Positions 25,201 through 32,344 of a stretch of DNA of 64,000 nucleotides are shown piece by piece (the stretch's first letter is position 1; each line of letters starts with the position of its first letter). The translations under genes were made by a program, and so were the position numbers. The stretch comes from Candidatus Levyibacteriota bacterium (lineage in GTDB: Bacteria > Patescibacteriota > Microgenomatia > Levybacterales > UBA12049). The notes under the pieces were generated by a model that was not told where the DNA came from, ran no database searches, and was given only the letters and a program-made list of their open reading frames with translations. The stretch lies in the NCBI GenBank assembly GCA_016182235.1, contig JACOXT010000004.1:28537-92536 (forward strand), in the 5' to 3' direction.

Positions 25201-25502
25201 AGCCTGGACAAAGACAAGAGCAATTTAAAGCGATTAAGCAAACATTATTACATCCTACCTCTGAAGCACAGGAACATTCAGGTATGGAGGCAATGTCAAT
25301 AAATGAAGAACAAGCAAGAAAGTTTATAGACCATGCTGTATTAGCAAACTTTTTGAATGAGGAGCTGGCAGATGAGCTAAAAAAGGAAAAAAATCTTAAA
25401 TTTGTAGGTATGCTTTGGGCACTCTTTAGAGATATGTTTATTACAGTTATTCCTGCAGCTGTCGTATATAGCTTTGGTAAAGAGGTATTGAAAACAAAGT
25501 GA
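22203..25502 (+). CDS. Large hypothetical protein (1099 aa) with a C-terminal TM anchor
   Basis: A long uninterrupted ORF, mostly helical and charged, with no motif I recognise. The C-terminal hydrophobic helix is FVGMLWALFRDMFITVIPAAVVYSFG. Confidence 0.6.
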   Translation: MKQELLNQTLTSPPQTPYSRDGAIFMEVVKDMPNSANQPKNPERTENRPLDKVRVEVNNTSKKEETSSKSPQSVSEEKKGSPVEAKITKVDSKKIDNEELRKEWHKVFTPEELKNPDTRSTIELAIKLGYSPESITSKGPLEFKAKDVIANALLDDQQRIEKAEELLGRSLSIKQRELLLKAHYASKGKTGKDGRGAGVFNLERKQLAEEARILSNEEGFTDKERRILIEAGLAATLIPNIYTDPTLQLIAEQYINEVNRINATNPSEHVDPNFLIRLMTDVERRARDGLVDRTQALNLLNEFQTIFADENPAQGESPLTREINLIKGLQGQDRRDALLNLLRAYPPLSAPLPHEIIELTMEDDESFESLVNRIVSLPLDKETSDYTLGLYGSGNLETISDALTQKLDTETDPDERDRLSRLKDRFNLATESFTLTHNMNTRIVTGEIQEFIRTAERILPPHLNYLQKLNGVSEAMRIYEETYDRYLAKYGWMYPFASVLLHYEVFSKLRELNDAGGLGVAKAMDGELRLIKLEEWELRRAYNIARKFYNNTFRSSEKVATGTVPRNMEGEERQEILAEIQDAIDSGNTNKEALLRNELADAEERGQSRYSSFALESAARIMNPIQLLIYRFQIAGEEHGLVFLKKAKEYYLEFLRHNYKLGINKITTLGGVNVEEMEVGGVFGVSGFYSSWRTENIAISQMKVNIGGQELTIRRWLAETTYEIEQANTAFKDAGQNRQLKHNAQVQLADALKPLIDNVHVGLGMLLRQPAFGGEIGYEARKLLWEKIVKGNDPANNNPREGNLDVAINYLTKLKIQDGSIRSLEEIKSSGGNYWDVPSGDPLTTPWEILRRKILLQHQKNIRKSFDTNVNLIPDQDFDANETRLILTIKEEGRKLAQHLADISFPYVPFMNDAPFEIFDYTLAGDEVYRRRAGGDIPSYFEGSNAFVAIVDNPGGIGDEKAMENFLKLERGVESPQGRPDAQRRTYPLFKAWLEWVMTKPGQRQEQFKAIKQTLLHPTSEAQEHSGMEAMSINEEQARKFIDHAVLANFLNEELADELKKEKNLKFVGMLWALFRDMFITVIPAAVVYSFGKEVLKTK

Positions 25503-25549
25503 TTTCTCGTAGGACTTCTTAGATCAGTCTTTATATCTTGAATTCTTAC

Positions 25550-27172
25550 TTAACGAAACATGCGTTTGAGTACTCCTTGTATTCCTTCAGCCTTAGTAGG
25601 AGAAGGCAATTTAGATTTATAGGCAACTATTGTCCCTACAGTTTCCCTACCTATTCCAATCGCACCTCCGACTGGTGCAAAAGCAGATCCGGTCTCAACC
25701 TTTGGAGCCTTGAGCATAGCTTTGAGCATGTTGACGACATTCGGCGTCATAAGAATAATGCCAAGCCCAATTAAAGCTCCGATATGATCTTCGTTGGCGC
25801 GGGCTCCAATAAGAGGAGGAACGAACAAGGTATTTTCCGGAAATCCGCCAAAAGCTGCCATAAATACTTTTCCAAGTAAAAACATGGCAATTACAGCAGG
25901 AAATGCGGCGAGATTTGCGATCAAATCTCGGAACCATCCTCCAACATTTATCGGACTTCCAGGAATTAATCCGCCAATAATCCAAAATGGTGCTAAGATA
26001 ACATCAATTAATATATGAACATAAGCAAAAAGAAGAGTAAACCAAAGTCTAAAAAGAGCAATTAAAAGTGCAATTGAGATTATTATAAAAGCAAGAAATC
26101 CAACAAACGTACCTAGTACTACGTGAAGCATTTTGAATAGTATATCTGCAACTGCATTTGTTGCTACATTTTCTATATTGGTAATCCAATTAAGAGGGTT
26201 CCACCATGTGCCTCCTTCGCCTGCACCAGGAAGAGCCACACCAACAACTACTTTAGACACAAATGTAGAAAAACTATTTAAAAAAGGGTCATAAAAATTT
26301 GCAAGAACTTCACTAATTGCTAGAGAAGGTTCTTCTATAAGCCTCCACATTCCACCATAAGCATTTCCTCCTCCTGCGCCAACTTCTGCTGCTGCTGAGA
26401 AAGGATTAGTTTTTTGTGAAAGTTGCGTAGGAAGACTTTTGTCTAATCCAGCGGAATCAACAATAAGATTACCAATTACATGAGTTGATACATACATCAT
26501 GTCTATCAAAAACCCCGCTATAGCATAGGAAAAAGTTACAAGAAGTATGCCGATTATAATTTTGGGTATCTGGTTTTGGATAGACATTACAGTTCTAGGA
26601 TCAATTTTTACTCTAAGCATAATTGCGAGTCCTATAACAACAAATACCAAAACAAAGAAAAGATAAACGATATTTCTAAATCCTTCCCACACCCTTAGAA
26701 GTGGTTTAAGTCCTTCAAACCCAGTTCCTGTTTGAGCATAAGCTATTTTTGAAATACCGAAATTCTGCGCCAGATATTGAAAATAGTCGCCGGTACGAAG
26801 AGGGGGAGTATAAAGAGAGGCTATCAAATTGTTCATTCCTCCAATTGCTCCTCCAATCTCTCCTTTTTCCAAATCCCCTTTTGGCAAAAAACCAATTTTT
26901 CCTGTTTTCGGATCAGCTCCAAGGCAGGTGCCTTTGGGATTTGTAGGATCAATGCCTGAAATCTGGCAGGAAAGCGCGCTTGCTACCTCAATCATCACAG
27001 TCTGAGTCCAGTTATGTAAGTTATTTGGAACTTCGGGGTTGGTATTGGGAGGTGGAGGATTTATTCGGGGAAGCTCTTGAGCATTGACTGAAGTAGGAAG
27101 TAGGAAGTATGAAGTAAGAAGTAAGAGAGCAGAGAAAATGAAAACAAAAAGGAGTCGGGCAGGAATTTTCAT
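25550..27172 (-). CDS. VirB6/TrbL-like polytopic membrane protein
   Basis: 540 aa with a signal peptide and then at least 6 TM helices. The size and topology match T4SS channel subunits found next to VirB4 in Gram-positive/CPR loci. The assignment rests on context and topology only. Confidence 0.5.
   Translation of the reverse strand: MKIPARLLFVFIFSALLLLTSYFLLPTSVNAQELPRINPPPPNTNPEVPNNLHNWTQTVMIEVASALSCQISGIDPTNPKGTCLGADPKTGKIGFLPKGDLEKGEIGGAIGGMNNLIASLYTPPLRTGDYFQYLAQNFGISKIAYAQTGTGFEGLKPLLRVWEGFRNIVYLFFVLVFVVIGLAIMLRVKIDPRTVMSIQNQIPKIIIGILLVTFSYAIAGFLIDMMYVSTHVIGNLIVDSAGLDKSLPTQLSQKTNPFSAAAEVGAGGGNAYGGMWRLIEEPSLAISEVLANFYDPFLNSFSTFVSKVVVGVALPGAGEGGTWWNPLNWITNIENVATNAVADILFKMLHVVLGTFVGFLAFIIISIALLIALFRLWFTLLFAYVHILIDVILAPFWIIGGLIPGSPINVGGWFRDLIANLAAFPAVIAMFLLGKVFMAAFGGFPENTLFVPPLIGARANEDHIGALIGLGIILMTPNVVNMLKAMLKAPKVETGSAFAPVGGAIGIGRETVGTIVAYKSKLPSPTKAEGIQGVLKRMFR
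27090..27124. repeat. Heptamer array GAAGTAG x5 inside the VirB6-like signal-peptide region
   Basis: The units are GAAGTAG GAAGTAG GAAGTAT GAAGTAA GAAGTAA. On the minus strand they are translated as LLLTSYFLLPTS. Confidence 0.85.
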
Positions 27173-27209
27173 TCTTTCTTAGTTTGGATTATTCTTTCAC
27201 AAAAGTCAA

Positions 27210-27228
27210 GCGGAGAGGGCGAGATTCG
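27210..27228 (-). repeat. Orphan 19-nt copy of a tRNA-Ser 3' end (T-loop to discriminator)
   Basis: The reverse complement CGAATCTCGCCCTCTCCGC is identical to 29347-29365 of tRNA-Ser(UGA). It lies 6 nt downstream of the GIY-YIG stop. Confidence 0.8.
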
Positions 27229-27234
27229 CCACGG

Positions 27235-27525
27235 TCATTCGACGTGGCGTCCCGTCGGATGACGGGACGGACCCCCTCTTTTTATAATATCACGGTACTG
27301 TTGTTTTAGCATACGTATACCCTCTGTAGATTTCAGATACTTTTCTCTTCTGATCGCATCACTCTTCAACAGATAAGCTTCATAGCCAATAAGCTTAACA
27401 GGTCTGGAACTTTTTGTTGATTTAACTTTACCGCTTTGATGATCTTTAATTCTTAGTCGTAAATCGTTTGACTGGCCTTTATAAATATTTCCACTTGATA
27501 ACATCAGGAAATAAACATAGTGCAT
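27235..27525 (-). CDS. GIY-YIG domain protein (UPF0213-like small nuclease)
   Basis: It has YVYFLMLSSGNIYKGQSNDLRLRIKDH (GIY...YxG) and an REKYLK motif. Its start codon is 2 nt from the tRNA-Ser(GGA) 3' end. Confidence 0.8.
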   Translation of the reverse strand: MHYVYFLMLSSGNIYKGQSNDLRLRIKDHQSGKVKSTKSSRPVKLIGYEAYLLKSDAIRREKYLKSTEGIRMLKQQYRDIIKRGGPSRHPTGRHVE

Positions 27526-27526
27526 G

Positions 27527-27613
27527 CGGTGAGGGAGGGATTCGGACCCTCGATAGTCTTACGACTATGCACGCTCTCCAAGCGTGTCGATTCAACCGCT
27601 CTCGCACCTCACC
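27527..27613 (-). tRNA. tRNA-Ser(GGA)
   Basis: The acceptor is GGTGAGG/CCTCACC and the anticodon stem-loop is CACGC-TTGGAGA-GCGTG. It has a long variable arm and the T-loop GGTCCGAATCC. CCA is not encoded. Confidence 0.85.
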
Positions 27614-28052
27614 TTATTATTTTTTTGGCTTCTTGCCAAACTTTTTTGTCCGATGGGTAAGTCAGTCTTTTTTCAACCACATCTATTGGCAGCCATTCAA
27701 CATTTTCCATCTCCAGATCATGCTTACTTATATCGCCAGAAACATATTTCATTAGAAAATAATACACTTTTTTCTTGATTGTCTCATTCTGAAATTTAAA
27801 CCAATATTCTACCGGAGTTAGAGCCTTAATAATTTTCGCATCAACTCCTGTTTCTTCTCTGACTTCCCTAAGTGCTGCTTCCTCTTTTGTTTCTCTTCTT
27901 GATTCCTGATTCCTAATTCCTGATTCCTTCTTATCGATTAATCCTTTTGGAAAAACCCATCCATGATGTTGAGAGTGCTGCGCAACCAAAATAAATGTCT
28001 GGCCACTTTCTTTTTTATAAACTACTCCTCCAGCTGAAAATTGAAATTTCAT
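27609..28052 (-). CDS. NUDIX hydrolase
   Basis: The Nudix box is split by an insert: FPKGLIDKKE-[SGIRNQESRR]-ETKEEAALREVREETG. The stop codon overlaps the tRNA-Ser(GGA) 5' end. Confidence 0.8.
   Translation of the reverse strand: MKFQFSAGGVVYKKESGQTFILVAQHSQHHGWVFPKGLIDKKESGIRNQESRRETKEEAALREVREETGVDAKIIKALTPVEYWFKFQNETIKKKVYYFLMKYVSGDISKHDLEMENVEWLPIDVVEKRLTYPSDKKVWQEAKKIIR
27899..27926. repeat. Heptamer array TGATTCC x4 inside the NUDIX gene
   Basis: The units are TGATTCC TGATTCC TAATTCC TGATTCC. Confidence 0.85.
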
Positions 28053-28054
28053 AG

Positions 28055-28129
28055 TGTCCCCGGCGGGAGTTGAACCCGCAAATCTTCAGGTTCGGAACCT
28101 GACGCTCTATCCAATTGAACTACGAGGAC
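28055..28129 (-). tRNA. tRNA-Arg(CCG)
   Basis: GTCCTCGTAGTTCAATTGGATAGAGCGTCAGGTTCCGAACCTGAAGATTTGCGGGTTCAACTCCCGCCGGGGACA. The anticodon loop is TTCCGAA. Confidence 0.85.
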
Positions 28130-28136
28130 TCCAATG

Positions 28137-28222
28137 CGGAGAGAGTGAGATTCGAACTCACGGTCGCCTAAGGCGACAGCGGTTTTCGAAACCGCCGCAC
28201 TCGTCCACTATGCGATCTCTCC
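28137..28222 (-). tRNA. tRNA-Ser(CGA)
   Basis: The acceptor is GGAGAGA/TCTCTCC and the anticodon loop is TTCGAAA. It has a long variable arm and the T-arm GTGAGTTCGAATCTCAC. Confidence 0.85.
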
Positions 28223-28241
28223 CATTTTCGACTTTCTTTGG

Positions 28242-28314
28242 TGTGCCCGGTGGGAGTTGAACCCGCAATCGCTGGGTCCGCAACCCAGTGCTCTATCCAT
28301 TAAGCTACGGGCAC
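28242..28314 (-). tRNA. tRNA-Arg(GCG), with a C-A mismatch in the T stem
   Basis: GTGCCCGTAGCTTAATGGATAGAGCACTGGGTTGCGGACCCAGCGATTGCGGGTTCAACTCCCACCGGGCACA. The anticodon loop is TTGCGGA. Confidence 0.7.
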
Positions 28315-28315
28315 A

Positions 28316-28432
28316 GAGAGTAGAAAACAGAAAGTAAAAAGCTGAAGGTAGATTATTGGAAATGTTTAACTCCATCCTCTAGCTTCTATCATCAAAATAC
28401 TATCTTCTACCTTCCATCTTCCACCGTCTATT
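28316..28432. repeat. Heptamer-array hairpin without cargo (6 purine-rich units, 12-nt spacer, 9 pyrimidine-rich units)
   Basis: The left arm is GAGAGTA GAAAACA GAAAGTA AAAAGCT GAAGGTA GATTATT (28316-28357). The right arm is CTCCATC CTCTAGC TTCTATC ATCAAAA TACTATC TTCTACC TTCCATC TTCCACC GTCTATT (28370-28432). The right arm closely matches the reverse complement of 21584-21646. Confidence 0.85.
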
Positions 28433-28469
28433 TTATCCTATTGCAGATTATGAAGCAAATTTGACTAGA

Positions 28470-29096
28470 TTAACTTGTCTTTTCCAGGGGGAAATTGCGG
28501 GATAGCCAATCGCCGGATTTCTCCATGAATGTTGGTTTTATATATTCCCTATACGGAAGATAGGGGAGTAAGGCTGTCTTAATATGTTCTCGATCTACAT
28601 TCCCAAGCGTCAATGTTAATTCGCCGGGAATAAATGAATGAGTTCGTATATGAACAACATCTACTCCCTCTCTTTTTTTAAAGTAGAAGTCATATAATTC
28701 CTGCCAGAGGAAAAAATGATCCTCTATTGTTAGTCCTTCTGTACTTATTCTATAGCGGAAATTTGAAGGCGGAACCGTATTTAAGGCAAAAGCGACAAAC
28801 ACTAAAGACGCAACAACAAGCATCAAGAGGTATTGAGAAAATAGAAAAAGAATAATTTCAATAAGAAGCATTATTAGAATACTTGTTAAATAATATTGAC
28901 TGCCTCTTTTTCTAAAAGGTCTCCCGGGAGCACTCCACTCAAGTAGTGTTTTAATCTCATGTAGGTTATCGTCATGATGAATATTTTTAGTTTGCTGAGG
29001 ATCATTTTTGTCAACTTGAGGCTCAGAAAGCTCGAGAGGCTCTTTGGGGAGATCCAAGGGCTCTTTTGGAAGAAAAGGTTGTTCTTGAGCAGCCAT
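28470..29096 (-). CDS. Hypothetical 2-TM membrane protein (PH-like C-terminal domain)
   Basis: 208 aa, with an N-terminal repeated PKEPL(D/E)L, a central TM hairpin and a soluble C-domain. Confidence 0.5.
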   Translation of the reverse strand: MAAQEQPFLPKEPLDLPKEPLELSEPQVDKNDPQQTKNIHHDDNLHEIKTLLEWSAPGRPFRKRGSQYYLTSILIMLLIEIILFLFSQYLLMLVVASLVFVAFALNTVPPSNFRYRISTEGLTIEDHFFLWQELYDFYFKKREGVDVVHIRTHSFIPGELTLTLGNVDREHIKTALLPYLPYREYIKPTFMEKSGDWLSRNFPLEKTS

Positions 29097-29164
29097 ACAT
29101 TTATAGTATAGCAGTATTTAGTATTAGTCAAGATAAGAGAATGATGATATAATAAGTTTGTCTG

Positions 29165-29254
29165 GGAGGAGTCGCATAGCTTGGTCAATTGCGAGGGTTT
29201 GCTAAACCCTTGAGCAATAAAATGCTCGCGTGGGTTCGAATCCCACCTCCTCCG
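29165..29254 (+). tRNA. tRNA-Ser(GCU)
   Basis: The acceptor is GGAGGAG/CTCCTCC and the anticodon loop is TTGCTAA. It has a long variable arm and the T-arm GTGGGTTCGAATCCCAC. Confidence 0.85.
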
Positions 29255-29277
29255 CTTCACCCCGCTAAGCGGGGTAG

Positions 29278-29364
29278 GGAGAGGTCGCATAGTGGCCGAG
29301 TGCGGATGTCTTGAAAACATCTAAGATAGTAATATCTTCGCGAGTTCGAATCTCGCCCTCTCCG
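29278..29364 (+). tRNA. tRNA-Ser(UGA)
   Basis: The acceptor is GGAGAGG/CCTCTCC and the anticodon stem-loop is GATGT-CTTGAAA-ACATC. It has a long variable arm and the T-arm GCGAGTTCGAATCTCGC. Confidence 0.85.
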
Positions 29365-29390
29365 CCCTCAATTTCTGCTAAACTGATTCC

Positions 29391-30077
29391 GTGAATATTC
29401 TTGATCTTATTTTTCCCAAATACTGTGTTAATTGCGGAAAGCAAGGAGAATATATCTGTACTAACTGTTTTTCCTTCATTTCATTTGATGTTTCGATGAT
29501 TTGCCTTGTCTGCGGAAGACCCACAATTGACGGGTTAACTCATCCAAGATGCCAAGGGAGATACGTAATTGATGGCGCTTTTGCGGCCCTTTCTTATAAA
29601 GGAATTGTTAAAAAGCTTATTTATCAATTTAAGTACAAGCCTTATTTATCTGATCTTAAAGATTCTTTAGTTGACCTTTTTTATGAAGCAATTATTCAGA
29701 ATGAAATTTTCCAGAAGATATATGAAAATAAACCAATTCTTGTACCAATTCCTCTTCACAAGACACGATTGAGGAATAGGGGATATAATCATGCCCAGAT
29801 TTTAGCAACTGGTCTTTCTGAAAAGTTAAATCTTGAGGCACTAGATTTACTAGAGAGAAATCGGGAAACCAAGTCTCAGTTTGGATTGGATTTAAAAAAA
29901 AGAAAAGAAAATTTAAAGGACGCGTTTATTCTCAATACTAAATACCCGCCTACCGGTAAGAATCTGTTATTGGTTGATGATATTCTTACAACAGGCTCAA
30001 CACTTTTTGAAGCGGCAAAAGAGCTTAAGAAAAAAGGAGTAAAAAGGGTTTGGGGACTAACTCTAGCAAGAGGTTAA
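29391..30077 (+). CDS. comFC: ComF-family phosphoribosyltransferase-domain protein
   Basis: An N-terminal double Cys zinc ribbon (CVNCG...CTNC, CLVCG...HPRC) and a PRTase motif (LLLVDDILTTGSTL). The start codon is GTG. Confidence 0.8.
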   Translation: MNILDLIFPKYCVNCGKQGEYICTNCFSFISFDVSMICLVCGRPTIDGLTHPRCQGRYVIDGAFAALSYKGIVKKLIYQFKYKPYLSDLKDSLVDLFYEAIIQNEIFQKIYENKPILVPIPLHKTRLRNRGYNHAQILATGLSEKLNLEALDLLERNRETKSQFGLDLKKRKENLKDAFILNTKYPPTGKNLLLVDDILTTGSTLFEAAKELKKKGVKRVWGLTLARG

Positions 30078-30826
30078 TCACGTTTTTTATGCCCATTTAA
30101 CTTAAAATAATTTATAGTTTCAGATATTCTATCAGTTACAATGTCTTTAATTCCAGCTTGATTGAAAAGTCTTAGGCCAGCATCGTTATTTATTACTCCT
30201 GCCATAACATTAAAGCCATTTTTTTCAAAGCGCGCTTTTAGTTTGAGCAACCTTCCTCTTGCGACTAGAGCTCTAAAAAATGTTTGGCTTCCGGGAATAC
30301 TATCAAGCCAGCCTAGAAAAATTCCATAGCTTTTTGGAGGCCTTTTTATAAAAGAGTATCTTGGGAAACGTAAAAATTGGTCTACCCTAAGTTTTGGATA
30401 GTAAGATTGCGCGCTTAATGAGTTTTTGAGAATAAAAGAAAACCCGACAACGTGAATTTGAGACCATAATTTTTTTTCCCGGGTTTTTTTAATAATAGCA
30501 TCAATCAGAAGCGGAGAAGATGATTTAACTTCCAGAAAGAATTCCGCTTGTTTCTGTGGGATATACTCAAAAAGCTCATCTAGCGTCAAAAGTTCTTCTG
30601 CGGCGTGCTTTCGCATTTCTAGAAGATCAGAGAATTTTGTATCTGAAATCTTAACACTTACGCCATTCAGCCTTAATTTGTTATTATGATTTACAACTAC
30701 TTTGTTATCGGATGTTAAACGCAAATCACACTCAATTCCTTCTGCGCCTGCCTTAATTGCGGCATCAAAAGCTCGTATTGTATTTTCTTGGTAAAGCTTG
30801 CTATAACCCCTATGGGCAATTATCAT
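30074..30826 (-). CDS. Glycerophosphodiester phosphodiesterase
   Basis: The GDPD signature is IIAHRGYS...ENTIRAFDAAIKAGAEGIECDLRLTSD. Confidence 0.8.
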   Translation of the reverse strand: MIIAHRGYSKLYQENTIRAFDAAIKAGAEGIECDLRLTSDNKVVVNHNNKLRLNGVSVKISDTKFSDLLEMRKHAAEELLTLDELFEYIPQKQAEFFLEVKSSSPLLIDAIIKKTREKKLWSQIHVVGFSFILKNSLSAQSYYPKLRVDQFLRFPRYSFIKRPPKSYGIFLGWLDSIPGSQTFFRALVARGRLLKLKARFEKNGFNVMAGVINNDAGLRLFNQAGIKDIVTDRISETINYFKLNGHKKRD

Positions 30827-31500
30827 GTTGTAAAGTCCAGTGCCTTTAGTGAGGCAGACTTCTTTTTATAATTGTATCTTTTAATAATAAAGTAAATAAG
30901 AGCCATTATCAATAGGATTATTGCTCCAACAAACAAACTATCACCAAAAAATCTTTTATACGCTTCTTCTCCCAAATAGAAGATCAGAATATCCGGAAGA
31001 CTTGCAATAAGCGTTGCTGCGGCAAATTTTTTGTAAGAAATTTTTGTAAATCCGGCAATATAGCTTGAAAAATCAATAACCGGCACTGTAAATAGTCTTA
31101 ATGCAACGATAGCTAAGAATTGTTTTTTAGTAGACATTTGTTTTTCAAGTTGGCGAATTTTCTGAAGAGGAATAAATTTTGCGACTAAAGGCTCTCTATA
31201 CTTTCTCGCAAGCCAAAAGGCAAGAGATGTACCAATAAATATTCCAGTTACTGTGTAAACATAAGTATTGAACCATCCCAATAACGGAACCAAAGCAAAA
31301 GATACAATTCCTCCCGGGATAAAAGGGAAAACTATGCCTATGATCCTGATTAAAACAAGGGAAAATGCCGCGATATAAAGATGCTCTTTGGTAAAAGTGG
31401 TTTCGGCCAGTTTGTATGGATTGATAAATATAAAAAAGGCCAATAATAAAGAAAGTGCTATTAGCGCGAGAATACTAATAGCAATATATTTTTTCCTCAT
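30823..31500 (-). CDS. DedA/VTT (TVP38/TMEM64)-family membrane protein
   Basis: 225 aa, multi-TM, with an FPFIPGG-type motif (IVFPFIPGGIVSF). Confidence 0.65.
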   Translation of the reverse strand: MRKKYIAISILALIALSLLLAFFIFINPYKLAETTFTKEHLYIAAFSLVLIRIIGIVFPFIPGGIVSFALVPLLGWFNTYVYTVTGIFIGTSLAFWLARKYREPLVAKFIPLQKIRQLEKQMSTKKQFLAIVALRLFTVPVIDFSSYIAGFTKISYKKFAAATLIASLPDILIFYLGEEAYKRFFGDSLFVGAIILLIMALIYFIIKRYNYKKKSASLKALDFTT

Positions 31501-31651
31501 CTTTTAATTGTAGCACAGTTTTAAGTGATCGATCCAATCATGAAAATTTTATCAGCTGGTAGGTTAGTTTGGGACTTGGACCTTTTTATATAATTTAAGC
31601 TGATAATTATGAAGAAAGAAATTCGAGGCTAATTTGAGGCTATTTGTACTA

Positions 31652-31680
31652 TTGACTTTGAGTAGGAAATCGTATACAAT
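31652..31680 (+). promoter_or_regulatory. Sigma70-like promoter of ssrA
   Basis: TTGACT (31652-31657), a 17-nt spacer, then TACAAT (31675-31680). The mature 5' end of tmRNA lies 11 nt downstream. Confidence 0.65.
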
Positions 31681-31690
31681 TCATGTTCTT

Positions 31691-32048
31691 GGGGATGAAC
31701 TGATTCGACGAGAATGCACTTTAAAAAACAGCAAGCCGACATTGATTGAAAGTCGTAAAACTCAATCAAAATATAAATGCTAACGATCAAAATCGTTATG
31801 CGTTCGCTTACGCCTAATAACGTTTAGGGAACTGTTTATAGAGTCTTTTCTCAATGGGACTTTATAAGCATAAATACAGTTGAGAAATAGTAAGGAAAGT
31901 TGGTTTTTGTCCTTATCGAATTTATAAACCTTGGTGTTATTGATTCTTGTTGATTAGAAAAAAATAGCGCGACTCAAAATAATCAACTAAGCTTGTAGAA
32001 GTTTTTAATGTAAATTCTTGGACTCCGGTTCATTGCCGGACATCTCCA
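31691..32048 (+). ncRNA. ssrA: tmRNA (SsrA)
   Basis: The 5' end is GGGGATGAACTGATTCGACG. The 3' end has a tRNA-like T-arm (TCCGGTTCATTGCCGGA) and acceptor CATCTCC-A, with a G3-U pair. The tag ORF at 31779-31817 is GCT AAC GAT CAA AAT CGT TAT GCG TTC GCT TAC GCC TAA TAA, giving ANDQNRYAFAYA. Confidence 0.9.
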
Positions 32049-32052
32049 CACA

Positions 32053-32081
32053 AACCCTGATTTTAAAAGATCGGGGTTTTT
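32053..32081 (+). terminator. Rho-independent terminator after ssrA
   Basis: A 9-bp stem (AACCCTGAT / ATCGGGGTT, including one G-U pair) with an 8-nt loop, followed by a T run. Confidence 0.6.
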
Positions 32082-32344
32082 AGTTGTCTTCTTTTTGTCT
32101 TTATTCTGTCAAGCCGAACTATTTTTTCTCTGATAAATTCAAAAATATGGAAAGAAGTCCAGAATTGAGGTCTTCGGTAATAGAAGTACCCCAGGAAATA
32201 AAAGATCCTGCAAAACTAAGTGAACCTTTTCCACAAGAGAAAAAGGCAATCGACGAAATTTTTACACTAAATCGGGAAATGGCAGAGTTTTACCGAAGAA
32301 ATGGTATGGGAGAGGGTGTTAATTGGTAGTTAAAAATAAAACGG

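Noticed and set aside
10719-27172. The T4SS-like block could be an integrated conjugative element.
   Set aside because: There is no integrase, relaxase, coupling protein or flanking direct repeats. Housekeeping nadE and nadD sit inside the span. It looks like a chromosomal locus.
28054-28260. Two ORFs: a 68-aa plus-strand ORF, and the 144-aa minus-strand ORF at 28886-29320.
   Set aside because: They are translations across tRNA genes (Arg-CCG, Ser-CGA, Arg-GCG and Ser-GCU, Ser-UGA). The tRNA cloverleaves explain the sequence.
18099-28432. The short-repeat arrays could be CRISPR arrays.
   Set aside because: The units are 7-8 nt and directly abutting with no spacers, and no cas genes are present. 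They are tandem micro-repeats, not CRISPR.
32084-32329. An 81-aa ORF downstream of tmRNA.
   Set aside because: It has a non-ATG start overlapping the terminator T-run, no motifs and no SD. It may be real from the internal MERSPEL, but I cannot support it, so it is not listed as a feature.
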